From the NCBI GenBank assembly GCA_963705165.1, contig CAVPJD010000024.1, positions 64,001-128,000 of the forward strand: a DNA stretch of 64,000 bases. The letters run 5' to 3'. The position numbers and the translations under genes were made by a program. The notes under the pieces were generated by a model, which worked only from the letters and a program-made list of their open reading frames with translations, ran no database searches and was not told where the DNA came from. The DNA is from an uncultured delta proteobacterium (lineage in GTDB: Bacteria; Desulfobacterota; Syntrophia; Syntrophales; UBA2192). This document shows positions 57,029-64,000 of the stretch, in pieces. Every line of letters starts with the position of its first letter. The first letter of the stretch is position 1.

Positions 57029-57588
57029 GGGATCCTCCAGTATCTGAAATTGATTTGAACATCGCCGTCTGATCATCCGGCCATTTCTTACCGCCCTCGA
57101 CAAGTTCTGTATTTTACGTCGAAATCGACAATTTGACAATCTGCGAATTCGAGGGATGGTAAAAAATTATCGTCGCACCCCCCCCGGTGCGACCATCATC
57201 GACGAGATCACGCCGATAGGGTATTTTCCAGAGGCACGTCCCGCATGGGCCACGCAGCTCGATCAGCGGGCTCGAAGATCGTCCCATGGTCCACGCCGCG
57301 TGCCGAGACGATGAAGCCGATGCCAGGATGACGGCCTGGCGTCGTGATGCCGAGCACTTGACAGGCATGGAATAGCCGCTGTATAAGAACGGTGCGGATC
57401 CAAGCTCGCTCGATGACACGGGTCGGCCTGCAATAAACGATTCCCTGTCACCTGTTGTCGACCCCGGGAGCCTGCCTCCGCAAGCTTGCTGCCATGCTCG
57501 TCAACATTGTACCGGATCCGTCGAGAAGACGAATACCGCCCGGGCGCCGGGTTTGAAACGGCGCCGATCGGGTGAATAAGGAGATGTC

Positions 57589-58785
57589 ATGACCCGCTTC
57601 AAACGACGCGTGCTGATCGGCATGGGGTTGAGCGTGGTGGTTTTGGTGGGGGCGGGGGTCTGGTTCTACTACGTCTATTTTGCTTCGACGAGCTACTCGT
57701 TGCAGCGCGCCGAGGCCTTTTTGTTCCGGCGCATGCAGGTCGCCCAACTGAGCCAGCAGGGGGAGTATCGGTTTTTCTTCGTCACGAACCGCCGCCTGGA
57801 AAGCAACACCGGGCCGCTCGAGGAGCGTTTCGGGACAGAACGCCAGGAAACCCTCACGTTCGGATACTTCGATGTCAAGATTGAACCCTCGCTGGGCCTG
57901 GGCATGCTCATCAACCCGACCGAGTGGTTCCAGAATGAGGAAATCAAGCTCAAGGCGGTGCAGGAGCTGGATCCCGATGCCTTTGTCGCGCAGGTGCAAG
58001 AGCGCGTCAAAGAATCTCCGCACCGGTCGTTGCTGGTCGTCGTGCACGGTTTCAGGGAGGCGTTCCCCTCCGGCCTGCGAAAGACCGCTTTCCTCGGCCA
58101 CGTGCTGGACATCAACTCGCCGGTCCTCCTGTTCGACTGGCCCGGCAACCAGGGCAGCTCGCCGAACGGCTACCTGCGCGCGCGCCGGGTCGCCGAAGCG
58201 TCCGGGGCGGACCTGGCCCGCACCCTGGAGCTGACCATCCGGGACATCCGGCCCGAGAGGCTGTGGCTGATCGCCAACAGCATGGGAGCCCAGGTCCTCG
58301 TCAATGCCTTCCGCCTGCTCTACGAGCGGACGGGCCTGGCCGACGCCAAGACCGAGATCGAAGACGTCGTGCTGACCGCGCCGGACGTCGATTACAACGA
58401 GTTCAACGACCAGTTCAAGCATGCGCTCAAGGCCCTGGCCCGCAAAACCACCATCTACGTCTCCTCCAACGACAGGGCCTTGCTGGCAAGCCGCCTTCTC
58501 AATCGGGAACGACGGCGCGGCGAGAGCACCCTCAGCCCGCGCCAGTTGGATAATGCCGTGCGCGTGACGGACTCGATCGATCCGGACAGCGAGGATGTGA
58601 CCGTGGTGGATGTGACACCGGTGAACCGCACGCGCAATTTCCACAATTTCAGCCTGGAAACGCCGGAGTTTTTCGACGATCTATTCCTGCGGCTTACCAA
58701 CGTCGAGACTCCCCGGAGCCGACTGATCTATCCGGTCGAAGCACCCAATGGCACGGTTTACTGGGTCCTGACGCGAGGCCGCTGA
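57589..58785 (+). CDS. DUF900-like alpha/beta hydrolase
   Basis: VHGF, FDWP, IANSMG, APDVD, DRAL. Confidence 0.85.
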   Translation: MTRFKRRVLIGMGLSVVVLVGAGVWFYYVYFASTSYSLQRAEAFLFRRMQVAQLSQQGEYRFFFVTNRRLESNTGPLEERFGTERQETLTFGYFDVKIEPSLGLGMLINPTEWFQNEEIKLKAVQELDPDAFVAQVQERVKESPHRSLLVVVHGFREAFPSGLRKTAFLGHVLDINSPVLLFDWPGNQGSSPNGYLRARRVAEASGADLARTLELTIRDIRPERLWLIANSMGAQVLVNAFRLLYERTGLADAKTEIEDVVLTAPDVDYNEFNDQFKHALKALARKTTIYVSSNDRALLASRLLNRERRRGESTLSPRQLDNAVRVTDSIDPDSEDVTVVDVTPVNRTRNFHNFSLETPEFFDDLFLRLTNVETPRSRLIYPVEAPNGTVYWVLTRGR

Positions 58786-58799
58786 CCGGGGGGGAACAC

Positions 58800-60290
58800 A
58801 TGAGACCTATCGCTCGAATCGTCAAACGTCTGCCGTCTTATCTCAAATGGGGCGTCCTCGGTCTTCTGCTGGGCGCCAGCGTGATTTTCATCAAGGGATG
58901 CGGGGGCCTGCCCCTGCAGCCCTGGCACACCGAAAAGCTGACGGAGGAATTCACCGCAGACAAGGCCGATAAGGTCCGAAGCTTCGAGGACTACCTGCGG
59001 TTGGAAGATCGGCTGTTCGCGCAGCTGGAGGAAGAAGTCTACGCGCGCACCGAAACCGGGCCTGCCCATAAGCTCGAGCGCTACAGCAAGGGCAGCGCCG
59101 CCGACCCGCAGGGCCGCCAGCCCAACTGGAACCACAGCTTCGAGTTGACTGCCGACGCGCCTGCCGGCGGTGTATTGCTCCTGCACGGGATGTCGGATTC
59201 GCCTTACAGCCTCAGGGCCCTGGGCCAAACACTGAATCAGCGCAAGTTCTGGGTAATCGGTCTGCGGCTGCCCGGCCACGGCACGGCGCCCTCGGGACTT
59301 CTCAGCGTCCAGTGGGAGGACATGGCCGCCGCGGTGCATCTGAGCATGAAACACCTTGCGGCGAAGGTGGGGCAAAAACCGATCCACATGATCGGCTATT
59401 CGACCGGGGCGCCTCTGGCCCTGGACTTCACCCTCAACGCGCTGGAAGGAAAGACAACGCCGGTGCCGGCCAGCCTGGTGCTGATCTCTCCGGCCATCGG
59501 CCTCCACCCGGCAGCGGCGCTGGCCGTGTGGAAGCGCCGGCTGGGCATGTTGCCGGGTCTGGGCAACCTCGCCTGGCTGCAGGTTCTGCCGGAATTCGAC
59601 CCGTACAAATACAACTCCTTCACAACCAATGCCGGCGAACAGGTTCACCGACTGACGCGATCCGTGGCCAGCCGCGTCGAGAGCCGGTCCCGGTCCCATC
59701 CGACCATGGTTTTGCCGCCGACGCTGGTGCTCAAATCGAACGCGGACTCAACTGTGTCGACGGATGCCGTGGTGGACCGGCTGCTTCGTCTTCTGGACCC
59801 CCACCGCCATGAACTCGTGCTGTTCGACATCAACCGTTTCTCCGCCAAGTCCATCCTGCTGGTCGCCGACCCGCGCGAACTGACAAACCGGGTGATGGGC
59901 GACAACAGCCTGCCGTTCGCCGTGACCCTCGTCACCAATAAGAGCCCGGAGAGCCTCGCGGTCGTCGCCCGCCGCCAGGCGCCATTCTCGGCCGAGGTGT
60001 CGAAGACCGAGCCGCTGGACGTCGTCTGGCCGGCGGGGGTGATCTCGTTATCCCATGTGGCGCTCCCCATCCCGCCGGACGATCCTCTCTACGGTCGGCG
60101 CCCTCCCGACAACGCAGACGTTCTCTTTCTCGGAGAGATGGCCGTTCTGGGCGAGCGGGGCTTGTTCATAGTCCCTTACGACTGGCTTCTGCGCATACGG
60201 AACAACCCGTTTTACGCCTACCTTGAGGTACGGGTGCTGGCGTGGGTGGATAGCGCGAATGTTTCCGGAAACGGCAGCACGGGATTTTGA
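58800..60290 (+). CDS. alpha/beta hydrolase (esterase/lysophospholipase-like)
   Basis: LLHGMSDSPY, LPGHG, GYSTG nucleophile elbow, SLSH. Confidence 0.88.
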   Translation: MRPIARIVKRLPSYLKWGVLGLLLGASVIFIKGCGGLPLQPWHTEKLTEEFTADKADKVRSFEDYLRLEDRLFAQLEEEVYARTETGPAHKLERYSKGSAADPQGRQPNWNHSFELTADAPAGGVLLLHGMSDSPYSLRALGQTLNQRKFWVIGLRLPGHGTAPSGLLSVQWEDMAAAVHLSMKHLAAKVGQKPIHMIGYSTGAPLALDFTLNALEGKTTPVPASLVLISPAIGLHPAAALAVWKRRLGMLPGLGNLAWLQVLPEFDPYKYNSFTTNAGEQVHRLTRSVASRVESRSRSHPTMVLPPTLVLKSNADSTVSTDAVVDRLLRLLDPHRHELVLFDINRFSAKSILLVADPRELTNRVMGDNSLPFAVTLVTNKSPESLAVVARRQAPFSAEVSKTEPLDVVWPAGVISLSHVALPIPPDDPLYGRRPPDNADVLFLGEMAVLGERGLFIVPYDWLLRIRNNPFYAYLEVRVLAWVDSANVSGNGSTGF

Positions 60291-60396
60291 AGCTCCCCGC
60301 CCACAGGGCGGGGCTTCCCGGCAAGGAAAGAACCAAACATGATTGCGCGCCCTAACCCCGCCTACAAGGCGGGGCCTGCGGGACGCGCCCCCGGTC
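60288..60396 (+). repeat. ~108-bp two-hairpin interspersed element, copy 2
   Basis: Near-identical to 9777-9884. Confidence 0.85.
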
Positions 60397-60438
60397 GACG
60401 CCGGAAGGGCAGGGTATCGGCGTCGTCCCGCCCAGGCA

Positions 60439-60593
60439 GTGAACTGCCGCCGGGCAAGCTCGGTGGCTTCTGAGCCAACCGGCCACGGCAACGTTGCTGC
60501 GGCGATTGATGATCAGGGGACTCGCCGTCCCCTGAAAACCCCGGCACTAAACGGGCCCATTCATCCCGCAAGCCAGCTTGCGGGTTTTCCGGC
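60439..60593 (+). mobile_element. non-autonomous IS200/IS605-like remnant (hairpin ends, no ORF)
   Basis: Left gtgaactgccgccgggcaagctcggtggcttc and right ccattcatcccgcaagccagcttgcgggttttc subterminal hairpins. Confidence 0.45.
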
Positions 60594-60763
60594 ACACCAT
60601 AGGCGTGTCCCTCCTTGACGATATCAAACCGATATGCGAAAAATTACGATAGGCGGCGTTCGAATTCGGAGCGCTTGCCGGCCGGGGCGGCATCCACTCT
60701 TTACTGGCGGCCCACCGGGCGGGCGGACGTCGGCAACGTCATGCCTTGCGGAGTCCTGCAGGT

Positions 60764-61360
60764 TTATTTCTTATCCTTCGTTGGTTCATTGATGGCTTTT
60801 GGCGCATATTTCCGTTGCCGGCCGAACAATTTCAGCTGCACCGCAAGACCTGTAACTGCCACGAGGACAAATGCAATGATTGTGAAGTAATCCAAGACCC
60901 GTGAGCCGGGATAAAGCCAGGCACGAAATCCCCATGCCGCGATCATGGCACCATTGAGCGCGCTGGCCACCATGACCATTGCATCCTTGGCGTAGATGAA
61001 ACCGTAAAAGCCGGCCAAGGCGCCCGCCAGACCGACCAGCAAAGACAGATAAGTGGCTGAAGGCCACAGAGCCCCGAACAGGACCGTGACGAGGCCATAC
61101 CCGAGAATCGCCCCAGCAATGCCGATCATCACGCTCCAGTACAGGTAAGCCGCGCTGGCGAACAAGATCGCAAGAATGATTGCAACCACCAGGGCTGCTA
61201 TCGGGTAATCGGGTGCAACGACGGTGATTCCCACAATGTAGCCAATCATTCCTCCGTAAATCGGCAGTAAAATACGGAAAATGGGATAACCAAACAGCGC
61301 AAAGACTGCACCATATGCCATGGCCAACACACCTACAAGAGAACTCGGCATAAATCTCAA
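60764..61360 (-). CDS. DUF4203-like membrane protein
   Basis: FGY.IFR.LLP..G, SALNGA, GLAVQ; TTG start. Confidence 0.75.
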   Translation of the reverse strand: MRFMPSSLVGVLAMAYGAVFALFGYPIFRILLPIYGGMIGYIVGITVVAPDYPIAALVVAIILAILFASAAYLYWSVMIGIAGAILGYGLVTVLFGALWPSATYLSLLVGLAGALAGFYGFIYAKDAMVMVASALNGAMIAAWGFRAWLYPGSRVLDYFTIIAFVLVAVTGLAVQLKLFGRQRKYAPKAINEPTKDKK

Positions 61361-61546
61361 TCCCCCTTTCTATTCTCTAGAGTTCATGACGGGTATTGCA
61401 GAGAGATCTTCTTGAAATTTCCGGAGGCAACTCCTCTGCGAAAAAATAACAGCCGTCTCCTCACAACATCATCAAGATGTGCAATCGTTTTCTCATGGCG
61501 GAAACCATCCAGAAGCGGATGCTATTCAAGGGGAGGGGCGTCCATT

Positions 61547-61851
61547 TTACTGCCGGGCCTCGATGCTCTGCTGCCGGGTCGTGTGCGGCACGAGGCGGCC
61601 CTTCGGGTCGATCTCGAAGCGGTAAGTATTCCGCAACAGACCCAGGAAGCGGGTTTCCTGCTCGCTCAGCGGCTCCTCGCAAGCCATCATCTATGGCCAC
61701 AGAGTCGGGCGTCAGCGCGATCTGCTCCGGGAGAACATCTCTCCCCGGATCACCAGCGCTCCTCCACTGCCGGGTCCGTGCGGACCGGGATGGCACAGCC
61801 CGCCAGGACCGCGGCAGCGACAAACAAAAACGCAATTCTCGACGCGATCAT
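61547..61851 (-). pseudogene. decayed META-domain lipoprotein
   Basis: MIASRIAFLFVAAAVLAGC lipobox, early stop, then MMACEEPLSEQETRFLGLLRNTYRFEID; middle of the domain apparently missing. Confidence 0.55.
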
Positions 61852-61887
61852 GGTTCCATTGCCGGTCCCATGCCGCTCGGACGTGGG

Positions 61888-62460
61888 TTAGAGATCCAGC
61901 CGGGTGATGCGCGTCCCGTCCAGCGTGATGCCCGCCATGAGACCGCGGTTGGAAAGCACGTATCCGACGACGGGCTGCTGCGCCGTGGCAGTGGTCACCT
62001 GGGCGCTCGCGCCCACGGAGATCAAGGTCACCGATGCGTCGGTGCCCGCCGTCCAGCCCCGGCTGTCCTGAAACCGCTTCAACGCCTCGTCCGTCATGAA
62101 CAGGATAAAGACCGCCGTCGACTGGGCGCCGGCCTGCAGGCCCCACGATCCGCTCGTCGTGGCGTGATAGCTCACCGTATTTCCGCCGACGCGCAACACG
62201 CCATTGCCGCGCGAGGCACCGAAGACAAAGCCGGCCTCCAGCACGGACGGGAACACCAGCACGCCTCTGGCCTGGCGCACCATCTGCTCCGATCCGGCGA
62301 CCTGTGCATAGAGCCTGGAGAGCGCAGCGTCGGCGTTGGTGTCAAGGCTGCGACGCGTCAAGTCGGGGTCGCCCGAACTCGTGCCCGTGGTGGTGCAGCC
62401 GAAGGCCAACATCAGGATAGCGATCAAAACGGATACAAAGATTTTCTTGTTCATAAACAT
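61888..62460 (-). CDS. Ysc84/SYLF-like lipoprotein
   Basis: Lipobox AFGC; GVLVFP, GLQAGAQ, GLMAG..LDG. Confidence 0.88.
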   Translation of the reverse strand: MFMNKKIFVSVLIAILMLAFGCTTTGTSSGDPDLTRRSLDTNADAALSRLYAQVAGSEQMVRQARGVLVFPSVLEAGFVFGASRGNGVLRVGGNTVSYHATTSGSWGLQAGAQSTAVFILFMTDEALKRFQDSRGWTAGTDASVTLISVGASAQVTTATAQQPVVGYVLSNRGLMAGITLDGTRITRLDL

Positions 62461-62721
62461 CCTCCTTCTTTTGAGATTCGATTATCGAGATACGCGGAAT
62501 CCGACATCCCCTTCATGCCTGTTCAAGCATGAATCAACCGTCCTTCCATTCTCTGTATGCCTGCGCGGGAGAATCAAGTCAACCTGAACTTTATGGGGTA
62601 ATTGACAAGATCACGCAGAAACGGTATTTTTTACATATTTTACCCGCATGGGCCCGGACCGAGGTCACGGGCGCGTCGTGATGGGCAGCCGTTATTGACA
62701 CAGTAATACCAGGAGATTGCC

Positions 62722-64000
62722 ATGACGAAAGACTCGCTTACCGAAGTCATGCCCGGTCCGCTGTCTTTCGCAGACGCGGCCTTGGCCGACGACCCTCTTC
62801 CATCCTGGAACGACGGGCCGACAAAGCAGAGCATCTTCAGCTTCGTCGAAAAGGTGACAACGGAAGGCTCGCCCTCTTTTGTCCCCGTCCCCGAACGAAT
62901 CGCCACCTTCGACAACGACGGGACGCTCTGGTGCGAGCAGCCGGTGCCCGTGCAGGTGTACTTCGCACTCGACCGCGTGAAGGCCCTTGCGTCGCAGCAC
63001 CCCGAGTGGAAGACCAAGGAACCGTTCGCCTCGCTGCTCAAAGGGGACTTGAGGGCCACGCTCGCCGCCGGCGACGAGGCGCTGCTCGAAATCGTCATGG
63101 CCACCCACGCGGGCATGAGCACCGTGGAGTTCGGCCGGATCGTCGAGGATTGGATCGCCACCGCGAAGCATCCGAAGACCGGCAGGCTCTTCACCGAAAT
63201 GACCTACCAGCCAATGCTCGAAGTGCTCGCCTACCTGCGCGCCAACGGCTTCAAGAACTTCATCGTCTCGGGCGGCGGCATCGAGTTCTTGCGCCAATGG
63301 GGAGAGCGCGTTTATGGCGTCCCGCCGGAGCAGGTCATCGGCAGCAGCATCGAGACCCGGTTCGAGATGCGCGACGGCAACCCGGTGCTCTTGCGCCTGC
63401 CGAAATTGAGCTTCAACAACGACAAGGCCGAAAAGCCCGTCGCCATCAACCAGCATATCGGCCGCCGGCCGATTGCCGCATTCGGCAATTCCGTGGGTGA
63501 CCAGCACATGCTGGAATACACGCAGGGCGGCAGCGGCGCGCGATTCGGACTGCTCGTGTTGCACGATGACGCGGCACGCGAATACGCCTACGGCCCGGCA
63601 CTGGGCATGCCCGCGCCCCAGCTCGGGGCCTTCACGCCGGCTCTTTACGAGCAGGCGAAGAGAGCCGGGTGGACCGTCGTCAGCATGAAGGACGATTGGA
63701 AGCAGGTCTTCCCGCTCGAGCCGAGCTCGGTCACCGCCATCAACATCCTGCTGGAGCCTGACGCCACGATGCTCCAGCGTTGCGAAGCGAACAACGCCCG
63801 TCTGCTGAAGGTTTTCCCGAAGGGTTTCGCGCTGGATGCGACGCACCGCCCGCACGTCACGCTCCTCCAGCGTTTCGTTCGCACGGCGGACCTCGACAAG
63901 ATCTATGCTGCCGCAGGGAAGGTTTTCGCCGGCACCCATGTGCTCGGCTTGCGCTTGGAGGCTTTCAGGTACTACTACATCCCGAGCGGCGCCATTGGAC
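62722..64000 (+). CDS. HAD-family phosphatase fused to a putative 2H phosphoesterase domain; runs off right edge
   Basis: Not in ORF track; RBS aggag; LPSWNDG, FDNDGTLW, VSGG, FGNS.GD, SMKDDW, then in frame AINILLEPD...HRPHVTL. Confidence 0.85.
   Translation, partial: MTKDSLTEVMPGPLSFADAALADDPLPSWNDGPTKQSIFSFVEKVTTEGSPSFVPVPERIATFDNDGTLWCEQPVPVQVYFALDRVKALASQHPEWKTKEPFASLLKGDLRATLAAGDEALLEIVMATHAGMSTVEFGRIVEDWIATAKHPKTGRLFTEMTYQPMLEVLAYLRANGFKNFIVSGGGIEFLRQWGERVYGVPPEQVIGSSIETRFEMRDGNPVLLRLPKLSFNNDKAEKPVAINQHIGRRPIAAFGNSVGDQHMLEYTQGGSGARFGLLVLHDDAAREYAYGPALGMPAPQLGAFTPALYEQAKRAGWTVVSMKDDWKQVFPLEPSSVTAINILLEPDATMLQRCEANNARLLKVFPKGFALDATHRPHVTLLQRFVRTADLDKIYAAAGKVFAGTHVLGLRLEAFRYYYIPSGAIG

Noticed and set aside
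61745..61755. TGA after the lipoprotein N-terminus as selenocysteine
   Set aside because: Further stops follow in the same frame and the domain is partly deleted

Overview
GC-rich 64-kb chromosomal window. The gene content points to an anaerobic deltaproteobacterial (Desulfobacterota, Syntrophales-like) fatty-acid metaboliser; this assignment is inference only. Metabolic blocks: tandem phosphate acyl(butyryl)transferases; a B12-dependent acyl-CoA mutase cluster (large subunit, B12-binding subunit, MeaB, CobO) with isobutyryl-CoA-mutase-type residues, flanked by two M24-fold proteins; and a PAS-LuxR-linked operon (C_GCAxxG_C_C protein, flavin disulfide reductase, CCG Fe-S protein, small protein, divergent 4-hydroxybutyryl-CoA dehydratase-family enzyme). 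Surface and signalling genes include a Geobacter/Syntrophus-type type IV pilin, a PAS hybrid kinase, TPM/nucleotidyltransferase/LemA and pilZ-motA-motB. The right end is a patchwork of secreted hydrolases and lipoproteins. Strongest sequence-level observations: (1) an in-frame TGA at the catalytic Cys position of the disulfide reductase followed by a SECIS-like hairpin (probable selenoprotein, truncated in the ORF track); (2) strand-polarised 7/8/9-mer micro-arrays at gene boundaries; (3) six sigma-54 -24/-12 sites; (4) several REP/MITE/IS200-IS605-like non-coding elements; (5) three frameshifted genes. No rRNA, tRNA, CRISPR array or intact transposase was seen. All family calls are by-eye motif recognition; no database searches were run.
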